Source: Antedon mediterranea
Lineage: Eukaryota; Animalia; Echinodermata
Length of the DNA: 64,000 nucleotides
NCBI RefSeq assembly: GCF_964355755.1
Contig: NC_092679.1
Coordinates: forward strand, 7,284,201-7,348,200
Direction: 5' to 3'
Position 1 is the first letter of the stretch, and each line of letters opens with the position of its first letter. A program made the translations under genes and the position numbers. The notes below the pieces were generated by a model that made no database searches, was not told the DNA's origin, and saw nothing but the letters and a program-made list of their open reading frames with translations. This document shows, piece by piece, positions 23,619 through 37,530 of the stretch.

Positions 23619-26600
23619 AAAGGGTAACTGGGTATGCTATAGTGGACGCTTTATCATCGTCAACACAATCGTTCTCTATCAGCATTTTCATCTCTTTTCG
23701 TCATCTTCCTCATTTAACTTCCTTCATCCTGCTCGTCGTCAGCACCCACGTGACAATCGTCATAAATTATCGTTACCACTATTTTCATCAGCATCATAAT
23801 CATTATCACCATCGTTAACAAACATCCGACACAATTGGTCACACTGACCCCTCAATTTATTTTTTCACGCTGCTGCTCTAGCCCGCTACGTCCCATTAGG
23901 ACTACTCAATCAGAAGCTAAAGCAAGCAGCAGTTATAGTTCTAAGGACGACAGTTTTGCGAAAATGGAAACTCCACTATAAGCTGCTACACAGTAGACCC
24001 AAAAAACGTCTGGGAAAAGAGTCTATTAGGACATGTCATGCTAAAATTACAAATCCCAAAGCATTTCTGGTATATTCACTGTCAGATATTCATTGAATTA
24101 TTATCGAAACAATCCATTAAAGTTTGTGTTTGTAATAGGATACTTCACACTTGAAATATCTAGGGTGATGAAGTGACCGCCAGACTTGACCTTAGCAATA
24201 CAATTAACTTAAGTGACAGAAATTTAGTATTCACTTCTGTAACAAAAAAATAATATTTATTCACATATAAAAAGAGAAAAGAAACCCAAAAACCATTGTC
24301 TGACAGACAATTTAAGTATTTGTTGCTTTCAATTAAATTTTTTTCAGGTAAAATAACTATTATGTGACAATAAAATGACACATTCCAAAACATTTGCAAT
24401 AAAAAATATTTTTCAATAAGCGAGCAGCGTTTTTTGTAAGAAATATATTGTTATATACTGCAGTAAACTGCTGACGTCATCAACTCATACATCAAACTTT
24501 AAAGTTAAAAACGGGCTTGAACCGGTAGCAATGTTGTCACCTAGCGAGCTATCAATGAATCGCTGCTGCGTCCTCTCCATGTTAACAGTGGTTTTCGAGA
24601 TGTTAACAGTACGTCCGAGTTCAAGTCTACTTTCGGTATATTTTAATTGAAAATGTCCTCATTAATACTCAAATGTTGAATTGTGGTATGACTATTAAAC
24701 GTGTGGCTTGCTGACTTAAACAAACACATAATACAACCGTGACATGTTTTGATTAATTGTACCAGTAATTGCGCCACGGGGTGTACAAGTAGGTAACGAG
24801 TTTCCTTGTAGGTGCCTGCCGAAATGCCAAAGTGTTATGTCAACTTAACAGGTCGTTTAAATAAATGTGTTGTTCTAATAGCCGGATATACAAACAACAA
24901 AATCATCGAAAACCCACACATAAATTATCAGAAAAACATGTTGCATTACTCATTCGTCGACCCCACAAACAAACAGGGATAATTCATGAGCCCACGTTTT
25001 AATTATATAACTCTATTTATAAATTTGACTCTTAATTTGCAATATGCGTTATTTTGGCTGCTCAGTGTCCGCGCAGCACGTACGGCCGGAAGTAATATTA
25101 TACTATATACTGTTATTTTTCGTCTAAAGTGCAGTTGTGATATGGTTAAAAATACTTACAGCGCCCTCTAAAAAAGTTTTACAAAACTTTAGAAGGCCAG
25201 GGTAACGTAAGTAATTGACTTGTATTTAAAATTTGCAGAGAGCTGGTGATTAGAAATACAAAATAGGATATGCGTATGCGAACTGACTCAATACAGTAAG
25301 CCTATACACATACAGTATTACTATTATTTATAATATGGGCCATTTTGATTCAAGAATACGATAAACTAATGTACGCGCATTTTTATAAACTGATGGAATC
25401 TGGTTTGAGAAACCACGCGCGCACAAAAATAGAATACCACTGCAATTACTTCATGCCATTGTATATACTTTAAATATATAAAGTATAATATCTATACATA
25501 TATAAATATGGATATTATTATAAGGAAAATCAATGCATTATGAAGAAGAGTACTCGCGCATAGAAAAACCACATCATTATTATCAAACGCCCAGAATAAA
25601 TTTACAAAAATTAAACAGATACAATAATTATTCCTAGAACAACAAACATATGGGCAGCATTTAGAGTTAAAATAGACAACCTAAAACACACCTGATGTAT
25701 GTCTCACTAATTACCAATGCATCGGATACATTCCAGTCCATAATACGATAACGTCTTGAGGTTATTGGCCAAGCCGATGCCTCAGTTGATATAACCCATA
25801 ACTCATGGTAATTCACAATACCTGTAGGCCTACCATTTTAAGGTATCAAACTTCAAAATGTGGTTTAGCAGGCAAGTACATCATTAGAAGATGTATCAAA
25901 ATCAATCGAACTAAGCGACTATTTGAAATTTTCATATAGGCCTAATGTTGTTTTAAAATGTTATGAAATAACAAGACAGTTAGAAATGAGAAAGAAGAGG
26001 TACAACATACGCACCCCCCACGCCCCCCCCCCTCCCACCCCACCAACCAACAGACACATGGAACATGAGAGTACGTACTGTTTTCATAATTTGAAGACGA
26101 GCGTATAAACAACGTTCCGTTTTCAATTGAACACGCGCTACAATGTCATGATTTAAACAAGTGCGTAGAAACAACGTTCCGTTTTTATCATAACTTGAAC
26201 ACGCACTTTATTATATCATACTTTGAACACGCGCGTACAAACCTATTATCATTTGAACACGCAGTTATAAATTATGACACTCGGCCCTTTTACTGACGAA
26301 TGATTCTGTAATTTTTTTCGGAAAGTGTTACGCATTTAAATGTTTTAATTTAATCTATATAATTTAAATTATAATTACATTTTAATGTTTTGATTGTAAA
26401 AGTAATGGAACATATTAATGTAACTGCCTAAATTAATTACCAATTTAAAACAATTTCTTCCGTGGGTGGACCCAATGACGCAAAACGTTTTGTCTTTTAA
26501 AATAAAAATAAAGGCTGCAACCTCGTTTTGCGTTCAAGTGGATATCATACGGTACTATGGAGAATACAGCATTAACCTGGTATTAATTGTTTCTCAACTT

Positions 26601-26699
26601 AAACACGCGGAATTAATTTCTTCCGAAAGTTTGCAATCAAAACTTTACTCCGAAAATACACAGACCAATGAATGAAGTCATTTTATTGCACACACTGAG

Positions 26700-27111
26700 C
26701 AAGTAATTTGTGTTGTGTGCCCGGCGAAAACGATCAAAAGGTACGCAAAAGTCACCCTGACTATCGCACTGACGTGTTTCGCCTGAAGCCAACCGAAGGC
26801 CGACTTGTATGATTGGTACGCTTTGGAACATCCCATTGCTTCTAAACTATATGTATGTTACAGTTATCGAGTACACGGGCAGCAGGGAAACACACGCGAT
26901 AGACAGAGTACGGTTGCTAGACACAGTGGCTCCTAAATCTTGGATAATACGTACACATTAGTCTCCATGGAGAACTACGCATATTAATAATAAACAAGCG
27001 ATTTTTTGTTGACAACAACAAGGAATATTTACCGAACGCAAGGATTAATACGAGATTATTATTTAAAACCGAAGATATTATTTATCTTGGTTTATTATAC
27101 ACACAGTCAAG
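26700..27111 (+). promoter_or_regulatory. Putative BMP2/4 promoter and non-coding first exon
   Basis: CpG-rich segment with TGACGT, reverse CCAAT (~26812), TATA-like/Inr-like sequence near 26848-26865 and a good donor AAG|gtatgt at 27111/27112. The BMP2/4 ATG exon starts with an acceptor (ttttcag, 30355), so an upstream exon is required. Confidence 0.55.
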
Positions 27112-29334
27112 GTATGTTTTTTTTTTATCGTCTTGTTTTGTGCATTTGCGATACGTGCCAACAAATCATAACTCGTACATATAATAGTCCCTTCTATTTC
27201 TATTATCTGCGCACTTATCTTTGAATAATTATTGAAATCAATATTAAACGATTTTAAATATATTCATATATTTAAATTATTATTTAAATAATATTTTTAA
27301 ATAAGAGCTTAGTTTATATAGCTATTTAAAATAATTGTAAAGATTTATCAAGTTGTGAGGAGCGGAAGAGAACCGTCATATAGACCTTTAATTCAGTTAC
27401 ACAAGATAGGCCGTTACAATAATGTGTAACGTGTAGATAAGACAGTTTAAACAGTCGAGAATTTGCCGTGTTGTTGCATTTCCCTCCGGAAAACTAAATA
27501 TTCTGATAGAGTTTGTCAACAACTCTACTTTTACACTAGTAGTATTTCATTTCTTATGATTTGTACACAGAATAAAGTTTATTAAATGAAATTAATAATC
27601 TGTTGTTTAGGACAGTTGGCTTGTTTAATACTTTTATACTAAAAATATACATATCATTTAGTCGATATAAAAGTTGACGTTCTAATATTTAACGTGACGT
27701 TTTTATATTTTAAAATGTGAATAAGATATTCCGCGGTCAGGATGGATTTTAAAAAGCCACAAGAAAAAAAAATCGCGGCTACTAAAAATAGACGAACACA
27801 CTGTATACGGTATGAGTTTACAGATGTCTTGATAACAATTGTACAAAACAATATATTTCATATCAAGTACGGTAGTGTAGTTATTTACTCACAAACCAGT
27901 CTGTCACAAACTGAGTTAGTGGTAACACCCCCCTTCCTCGCCAACCGCAAATATCAAATATTACCATAACATCCATCCAATATGACACGGCCTATGCAGA
28001 GTTTGGCGCACTATTTTGTAACAAATAGACGTTAAAATGTTATAAATAATTAAAAATATAAAAGTGAACAGGCTGGATAAGAGAGTATATAAAGTAAAAG
28101 CAATTGCATATAATAAATAATTTCACTAGGCATACGCATCATATTTGGCTTAAACACGAATGATATGACAGGCAATATAGACCTGCTTAGTTCATCTTTC
28201 AGACTTTTATATAGGCGTATGTTAAATTTTAATCATAAACACAGACATTTATATCAGATCAGGTCAATGCAAGTAATTAAAAATAAAAGATTTTTTCAGA
28301 GTCATGTAGTCTAACGACTACGTATTGCTCTCTGTACGTAAGTGAACTTGAAGGTACCGTATAAAGTTGACAACAAATCATAGTTTCTAAGTAAATGGAA
28401 TAAATAATTAGGCCTACAGAAATAAACAGTCTATCAGCATATTTCCATTTAAAGATTACAATATCAGCAACATTATTGATTTAAAAAAAACATAATATGA
28501 ATGCAGAGAATAACAATTGACCTACACAAGACTTAAGATCTAATGAGGATGTGTTCAATACAAATTAATATCCTTAAATGACAACTCAACTGTCAAAAAT
28601 GTTTATTTTTAATCATTTATATACATAAATATTTAACTGCAAAGTTCAACTGATGAGAAAAAAAATAATTAATTGCGCGTATATATTATATTTCTCTCAA
28701 ATTCGATAGATATTTTGTCTAGCTCACTACATATTAAAATAGCAGATTGCCAAGTTGACGGGATAAAAACTTGCTTTGCTAGGCCCTTGCGTTCAGACGG
28801 AAATTGAGAGCTCGAGTCTGTATGAATCACTGTAGCTTAGCGCCGGAACCACTATGCAAGACCTACAGTAGATTACTCTGCCAGCTTGCAACTTTCATAC
28901 ATAGGCCTACGCCTCATCTAAAAATTATACAAAATCGGACGAAACTTCACATTTTCTATATTGTTATCCGTTCTCTCTGATTCCTCTGATTACAAGAAAT
29001 CCAATATTAATATTTATACTACCTAGCTTTAAACTAAACTAACTACTAAAACTAAACTGACTAAACTTCTCTCTGAATAGGCCTATACAGCCAATTCTAA
29101 TACCTCTAATAATAATACCATTTATCTCATATTTAAGAAATTTCAGTTCTGATCGTGGATCGTTACCCAGAATGCATTTTATTTACTTCAATCAACAATG
29201 CATAGGCCTATTCTCTATTTACTAAACTACTTGTTTCTAAAAAAAAATTGATATACCAGAATATCTTTAAAAACAGCAACTATTTCGTTAATAACAAACC
29301 ATATCCGTATAGGCTATGAAAAGACAATAAAAAC

Positions 29335-29446
29335 AACTGGTGCGAATCATCCAGAAATATATTTATGAAAAGTCTGCCGTGTCATTAAAATATGTACATA
29401 TTGATTAGGAACAACTAAATATTTTAGTAAGTGATTCGCACCAGTT
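29335..29446. repeat. Short inverted repeat in the BMP2/4 5' intron
   Basis: aactggtgcgaatca / tgattcgcaccagtt, perfect 15 bp arms. Confidence 0.7.
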
Positions 29447-30363
29447 AATATGATGATAACAAAACAACTAACATCTTGATATGAAATATAATTATGAAGT
29501 ATAAATTGCTAATACTTAGCATGAACATTAATAATAAGATAACTTGTAAAAGAAGCGATACGTCGTATACTATCAAACTATGTACTATGTACTATGTAAG
29601 TACTTTGCAATTGATCGTTTTGTTCAAGGTTCCAATTTCATCTATACACTTCAAAAGTGAAGATGGATGACTGCAATTAGAAGTAATTATTACTTTGTGT
29701 TTATATTCGGGAACAATATAGTCTTAACTCGTCGTGTCTGCGGGATGGGGAGTTCCCGGCTCCGCAACGTCTACGCTATCTTATCGAGGAGGCTAGCGAA
29801 ACTTGTGCAATCCACTTTCGCAAAGTAATATCTGAAAACGCCTCTGATTGGTCGAAACATTCGATTGGGAAATTACACTCATAATCAATCATAAAAGTGA
29901 GGATTTTGAATTTTAAAGTTGAAATATTTGGGTCATAAAGGAAATACTATTAAGACTCGATGTCCTGCGTTTTTCATTTTCATGACTCACTCCATCTACT
30001 TGGCTGAAACGTTCAGAAAATGTATTCTTTTTCACAAAAGGGTTGTTTTGTCTGCTACGTCGATAGTTTTGTTTTGATCATCGTTTAACCGTCCACCAAT
30101 ACGTGGGCATATGAAATGAAGCGTAGCACAATAGACCAGTACTATGACTTCTTTAATACGTTTAGTTTCTAATTTAAAGTGAGCTCAACACCTTTTAATC
30201 ATACATTGTTATAGACAACAACAGCAGCTAACCTGACGTAATGTTCACAAAGTGTTTTCAGACATGGTCTTTGGAGGCTTGGCGCGCACCGCGTACAGTA
30301 GTCATGGGCTGAGCTAGTAATGTGTCTAATCATAAGTATTATTTTGTGTTTTCAGAAAACATA

Positions 30364-30712
30364 ATGGTGTATGTTTCTAAAACAAAATTCGTCGTGACAA
30401 CATTATTGTTGTTGGTTGCTTGTTTTGACGTCTGTCGGACGCAAGGTATGCTGAGTGGAACTATACAAGCAGTGGCGGAACGAAGAGGTCTTAGCAAAGA
30501 CGACATAGTCAAGGCGTTTGAAAACAACTTACTGAACATGTTTGGATTAAATAAAAGACCAACGCCGAAACAGGATATCGTTATTCCACCTTATATGATG
30601 GAACTATACATTAAACAAAAACAACATGAAGATGACGTCAGGAGTCATATCAAAGTTGACGGGATTACTACAAGTACGGCAAACACAGTGAGAAGCTTCC
30701 ACCCTGAGGAAG
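30364..30712 (+). CDS. BMP2/4: BMP2/4 (dpp orthologue) coding exon 1
   Basis: MVYVSKTKFVVTTLLLLVACF signal peptide; FENNLLNMFGLNKRPTP...IPPYMMELY...ANTVRSFH; phase-1 donor ag|gtacag. Confidence 0.95.
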
Positions 30713-30947
30713 GTACAGTAACTTTCTTATCTTAACACTTTTCTATTCATTGATTTTGGCAAAAATGCCTCAGTTAGGTTTCGATAATTCCATTATCTTG
30801 CCTGTGAATGTACCCATTAACACCAATGCAAAATCTTTTTTATAGACTCTTTTATTTTGTTCGCACAATAAATGAGAACAAAAGGACGCTTTACAGTCAC
30901 CGTACAGAAAACAAAGAGGCTTACAAATTCGTTTTATTCTCTTTCAG

Positions 30948-31804
30948 ATACATTGAGTTCAGGGCAACTTTCAAAAGAACACAGGGGAAATCATTTTCAC
31001 TTTAATATTTCAACGATTCCGGAACATGAAGTGGTAACAGCTGTAGAATTAAGGATATTATTTAAGAAAAATCACACACTAGGAAAAAGAGAAACTGATC
31101 ACCAGGAAGAAAAACAACGGATAAATATCTATGAAATTTTAAAACCAGTCGCTAAAAACAGAGATGTAATAAAGCGTCTTATCGATACAAAATTAATATC
31201 TCACGACACTACATGGGAAACTTTTGATGTTAAGCCTGCAGTTCAAAGATGGAGAGTTTTGCCAGAAGAGAATTATGGATTAATGCTTGAAACGGTTAAT
31301 AAAGATGGCCGACCTGCCACGCAAAGACACGTGCGAATGTCAAGAAGCACGCAAGAGGATGATAATATTGATAGTGACAATTTGCACCAAGAACAACCGA
31401 TTATTGTAACATATACGGACGATGGTCGAACCAAACGTTCGAGTGGCAACAATCGTAAAAACAAGAAGGACCGCAGACAAAGACTAAAACCAAGTTGTCG
31501 AAAACATGAACTTTACGTTGATTTCAGCGACGTTGGTTGGAACGATTGGATTGTTGCACCTCCTGGGTACGAAGCTTATTACTGTAACGGGGAATGCCCT
31601 TTCCCAATTTCTGACCATTTGAACGCCACGAATCACGCGATTGTACAGACTCTAGTGAACTCTGTAAACCCACAACTTGTGCCAAAGGCTTGTTGCGTCC
31701 CAACAGACTTAAGTAGTATAAGTATTCTGTATTTGGACGAAAATGAAAAGGTTGTTTTAAAAGTTTATAAAGAAATGGTGGTTGAGGGGTGTGGCTGCCG
31801 CTGA
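30948..31804 (+). CDS. BMP2/4: BMP2/4 coding exon 2 (401 aa precursor in total)
   Basis: ctttcag acceptor in phase 1; S2 site HVRMSRS, S1 site RTKR, basic N-terminus, [25 protein letters not shown]...[14 protein letters not shown]...VPKACCVPT...MVVEGCGCR. Confidence 0.97.
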
Positions 31805-34184
31805 AATGGTAATTTCCTTTTTAGGCTAGCAAAATGAATGTGCAATTTACCCATTATTGGGTTGAAGAAGTTACCCTCTGTACCCCACGTAATTACGGCG
31901 TTTTGACTGGAGGAGGATGCTATCACAGAGGTGACGTAATTCATTGCTTTGCAAGGCGAAGGGCATCAGACTGATACCAGCAATCGCCAAATAAGCATGA
32001 TTTGCGGAAACATCAACAACCTCTGGCAAGCAAGAATCAACAACCAGGTTTTAATCAACACCAGCCTAGTTGTTGAAAACATAGCAAATTGGATTAAATA
32101 AAACATGTTTTACCTAGATGGTTTGCTTTTTTATGAACATCCACCGCACTGTACAATTCAAATTCAACAATTGAATGCTAAGAATTGATATTTATTAAAC
32201 AGCACGACTTTAGAATGTTTTATTATAGAGATCTCTATTGTGGGCTTTATGGAGCAAACTGCAATGAGCAGAGGTCAGTTGAGCAGAGGTCAGCATATAA
32301 AATACGCATGCGTATAGAATAAAACGCAAAAGTGTCAACAAAACATATATATGGCCAATTATTGACACAAAAATCGTAATAAAATATATATTATTTAATT
32401 TCAACTGTACAAAGTTTGTAAAGAATTTTTAAATAAGTTTTCATATATTATTTAGCTATATAATAATCTTATTTTTGTACCTAATATTAAAAGTAGTGTT
32501 TACGATGTAAATGTATAGCAGAGCATTTTTCTATCCGTTATTGTTGCGTTGTGTATCGGGAAAAAGTGATCTTATTCTCATTCATGACTGGAAATGAATT
32601 GATAAGATATAATGGATGACGGTGTTTGAGTAACGAATTTTAGACAGTCTAGTGTCTGATACAAAACCTACTTACTGAATCTGGAAACTCTTCCATTATG
32701 CTTTTAAATGCGAGATAGGACTACAGTAACATGTTTCAATTGTAAATTGTTATTTATTATATTTGTTTAGTTATTTATTGGGAATAATATTTATAATGAT
32801 GAGAGAGTTTTAAAACAGGGTTTTTAATTGAGGCATGTTACTGTTTTAAACGAATCAAAATTAATCTGTCGTAAAATACGTAAACCTGTACAAAACGGTT
32901 GAAACTGGCGCAATGCGATATTTAGTTGCGTGATAATATAATAATAACCTTTTAGTATTATCATAAAGAATTAATAGCAAGCCTAGACGTAGATATGCAA
33001 ATTAACGTTTGGGTGTATTCTGGGCGTGGTTTAACTGTCGTTTTTACCTATTTTGTTTTTCTGTAGTTTTATTTCAAAATCCTTGTCAAAAAAAAAACAA
33101 TGTAGGCCTACTATAATCTATTTAATTCACTGAAAATGTCAGAGGTCATTCATTCTGTTTGAAAAAGGTTTACAGAACAACTTTTATTTTTATCAAAGAA
33201 ATTGACGAAACACCTGTTTAAATTTTCTTGGTCTTTCCAGAAAGTGAAAGATTTAGGGATAAATATTGTAATTTTCATGTCGTTTTCTTTATGATTTGAC
33301 CTCGTGAGGTAGTAGCCATTATTTTAACATGTCATTGCCCTATAGAGTTCTCCCCATATGTTTGGCTTATTTACCTGATCACGTTCGACCAAACCATTCA
33401 GGGATAAAGGTCTTTCCAACTTCTTTACATCTGTCTTTCAATCTTATCAATATCCTATATTATTCAAACCAATTTGTCAGCGACAGACACCACAAGAGAC
33501 ACAAAGTTGGCGCGCGCGTACGAAACAGTAACATTATTATCCGATTTTAAACGCACTGTCTTTTTTAATGTCATAATGAATATTCTACGTAAATAGAAAG
33601 TTTTATCAAGAATATTTAAGTTTTTAAAATGCGAAATTATTAGAATATTCGTAATAATGTTCGTACTGTACAATATACTACTTAAAACAACTCAATTCGT
33701 TTAATGGCACTGAACATACATTATGCATTTATATTTTTTACAAAGTCCGTCCATACATTGTATATGGTAATTAAATTTATTTTAATGACCTGGTTTCGAA
33801 CGAAATTTTTGATTGGTGGAACGATGGGTGGTATAAAATAATGACATTTTTCGGTGGGATTTTTTTTTTCGTTTATTAAAATACTGATTGAGATAGTTGT
33901 AAGAGTATTATAATATTAATTTGCTTATAAATAAAAAAAACATACATTTCTAAATGTGTGACGTCAGGAGAATCTCAGGGCTGTTTTGATGATAATTACC
34001 AAAGTTTATAATAAAACAACGCTTTAAGCCGTCCAGATAATGATATTTCATTGCCTTGGGTTCTCCAAAAATTTATAAAGTATTACTATCATTATTATTA
34101 TTAATATGTGTAGATAAATTTGGGTCATAGGTCACATCTACTAGGTAGAAAGACGAATGGGCAATCAGCCTATTCATAGTAACA

Positions 34185-34308
34185 ACTGCGCATGACCAAG
34201 GACTGATCGAACCATAGTTTTATCTTAAATTTTCACGCAGAAAAAAAGTACCGTACACCTACATTTTGGTACGAATTTTGAAAGTATCCGTCCGTGGTCA
34301 TGCGCAGT
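34185..34308. repeat. Short inverted-repeat element (MITE remnant)
   Basis: actgcgcatgaccaaggac / gtccgtggtcatgcgcagt, 19 bp with one mismatch. Confidence 0.7.
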
Positions 34309-37300
34309 AAACACCGTTAGAGCCATTTTTGTCTGACACTGTTCTGTTTGTTAAAAGTATAAAATAATAAAACTGAACAGAAATTTTAACACAAGAATGC
34401 ATTCAGTTATTTTGTCTATTTTTTTTTTATTGGAAGTCTAGACTTTAAGTCAATAAGTTCACGATAGTAAAACGAAAGGAAGGGGGAGCGAAAAAAATCA
34501 TTTTTGGAAAAAACATAATGTTTGTGTCGATACACAACAATTACCAAAAGCCATGTAACTTTGTTAATGGTTGCATATACTTTATGCACAATATCTCTAA
34601 ATTGTCGTCACTTGCAATTTCTTTGAGATTCAAATTGAATTTGATTACAATATGCCGCTCTTTAAAACTATACTAAGAAGTACAGAAACGACTTAAACTT
34701 AGAAGATAGAAACACTTGCCCAAATGTTCACATAGTGACCGTACATTTACGCCAATACTGGAACTCTACAACTTTTTAATCGATAGGGCCTATATGACAA
34801 AATTTTCATCATTACTATAAATGCCCGCGCTCTAGACTGCGATTTTCAGCAACATAAAAAGGCGCGCGTGAAACTGTGTTATCAATCCGATAAAATGTAT
34901 TAATATAAGTAATGTAAAGAAACAAGAACGGGTCAACAAGAATTATGCAACGATCAAAACTGAAATACAGTATTTTCACCAAAGAGACGGATGATGACAA
35001 ACAGAACGAGGATTAAGCCGCACACTGAGATTAGACGAATGTAAGGTAAAATTAGACCGAACTTATCTACCAGAAACTGTTTACATCCCTGGACCGCCAA
35101 AGATAAAAGCAGATAGTTAGGAATGTACAGGTAAGCAGAGGTAAGAGAAACCAGGTGTAACTGTTTGACAGACAGCGTTCACATCTTTCACTGTGTTGAG
35201 TATTTATTTAGGCAACAACAATTTAGTCAATTTGACTGTTATTTATTACATCATTTCATGTTTAGTTTAAGAGATATCGCACGGCAAGCGTGACAAGTCA
35301 AAGCGTTTATGCCGAGTTTCAACAATGCGCGCGGGGCAGGTAACAATATCAAGCCACTAATGGACCATTCACTGCCTTTAAAAGGTTTAGTTTAAACAAA
35401 TACCGCACGTAAATCTGCCGATATGTTTAGGTTTAAAATTCCTTTACTGGTTAACTTTGTGGTATATATCAACGTCAAAAAGCAATGTGTGTATTTTGTA
35501 CCTTGTTGATGTAATCTTCTGTCACGTTTTTCGACAAGATATTGACTTTAAAGTGTCTTTTTATATGATGGTATAAATAGTTTAAATTTGGAAGATTATC
35601 TCAGACGATCATGTCTGTGTTATGTCTTCATAATATAGGCTACCTTTAAAAATTCGTTTTCTAATTTTTGGACGTGTGAATGTTGTAGATTCCCACTTAT
35701 ACAACTGTTGAAGGCTATAAATCGTCGTCTATACGATTGTTTTATTGCTATACAGACTATCAACCTAAGATGTATTATTTAGGTATGGCGCGCCAAGTTG
35801 ATGGGACAGGTAGAGGTATGGATCGGAAAACCAATTAAAAAAAATGTATTGATTAACTGCTGTAAATTCAACATAGGTCAACGATGATGCTGAATAAACG
35901 GACCGGATCAGATTTGTAAACGGTACCGCTTAATCGCTTCTGCTTGATGTGAAGACATTAGGCCATCTCAGATATGTAACATTTTATAATACTGTAGTAG
36001 TGTTGTTATTCGTTGGGGCAGCTCAGACAAGGATTTCAGTGCAGGATTTATAAAGAGGCAAGTTGCTTCAAAATGCTTAAACACTTAAAGTATTTAATGC
36101 ACAGTTGTAATCATTCTTGCATAGTATTCAAATAATATTCAAATAATTCGCATCCAACCAAAATTCCCAAGTTCTTCTGACCGAAGATAACCTTTGTCAA
36201 TCTTGCCCTTTTGGCGTTCCATAATCTTGCTTTTAAATTGACGGAAGGTGTCTGTCTATGCATTATCGTAGTGTTCAGATGTGCTTAAGAAAATGTAGAA
36301 AGTTAAACACTTAGCACATGTGCCTCTCAAAGGAAACACTAAGTATTATAAAGTGTACACACATGCATGTCTGATTCAAGCCTATTTTCCATTAGTAGTC
36401 GAATTTATTCACACGAATCGAAATAGTTGACTAATGAGCATGCGTATTAATATTTTCAACCATTCTGTTCGATTTGCGCAAAAATATTCGCTAAAAATGT
36501 TGGATATAGCATTTGAACGTCACGTTAAAGATCAGATAACGGGGTTTTGATTGAATTTAACCGTTTACTTTGTCTTTGTAAGTGAAATCATTATTTTTGT
36601 TCGTTTTGTTTGTGATTGATTTATTAAAACTAAAAAATGGCCTATTTTTTATTCATTATTGTGTATTTGCTTAACAATATTCTTTTTTTTCTTTGTTACC
36701 CTCAAAGACGAAAATTATACAAATTCATTTTAAAACGTTTTAAAATTGGAACATTTAACATTTTAATGTTGAATTACAAAAAGTAGGTCAATGGATGTAC
36801 ACTTAACCACAAATTAGGTCCGTCTAGGCCTATAAGCCACACTGAGTGATGTATAGCAATAATTTAGAATTCAAATTTCAAAGTAGACCACACATTGTAT
36901 TATTTATAAATCTAATTTTTGTCAATACAAACTATATCACGATAATAAGTTACTAATTTTGATATTTTGCAAGTCAAACACATTTTCGTTTGACGCATCC
37001 TTAAAATTGCCAATTTATAAACTCTTCATGCTCTGAAGACTTTGAATTCAAACCACTCGTCGATTTTGAGATTTCGTTCTATTGCTAGTTGAATTCTTGA
37101 ACAAAAACAGGTCAAGTTGTTCTGCTGTTAAGTTGAGTTTATAGTTGTAACCCCTGTTGAAGTCACATGCGAAATTAATTTGCCTAAATCCTGTAGGAAG
37201 TGTTTATAATCTACTCGTTTCAAGTACATATGTTCAAGTATATTAATAGCGATATCAATGTACCTCTATTGAGGAGCATTATGTTTGTATGTGTTGTTTG

Positions 37301-37414
37301 CTAATGTTTTGTTCTTATTTTGTCAATATTTGTTATGATACGCGCACGTGCAAAATATGTGAATTACCATCAGTATTTCAACGCGCGCCAGCGTCAACAT
37401 TGTGCGTATCTTTA

Positions 37415-37530
37415 AAACAAGGTCATATACATGGCTGCAGTCGCGTGCTTAAGTTAGTGTTTACCGACCAACCGACCGACCGACTGACTGACCAACCGAG
37501 CTGAGAGTCGCGCTGCATGCGACTAAAAAA
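37415..37530. mobile_element. DINE-1/Helentron-associated-like short element, copy 1
   Basis: aaacaagg.catatacatggctgcagtcgcgtgct.aagttagtgtttacc, (GACC)n microsatellite, terminal hairpin agtcgcg...tgcgact next to an A run; second copy at 52697. Confidence 0.55.

Noticed and set aside
30322-30363. ORF-track N-terminal extensions of the BMP2/4 and univin exons (30322, 30872, 20780)
   Set aside because: They run into introns upstream of clear AG acceptors
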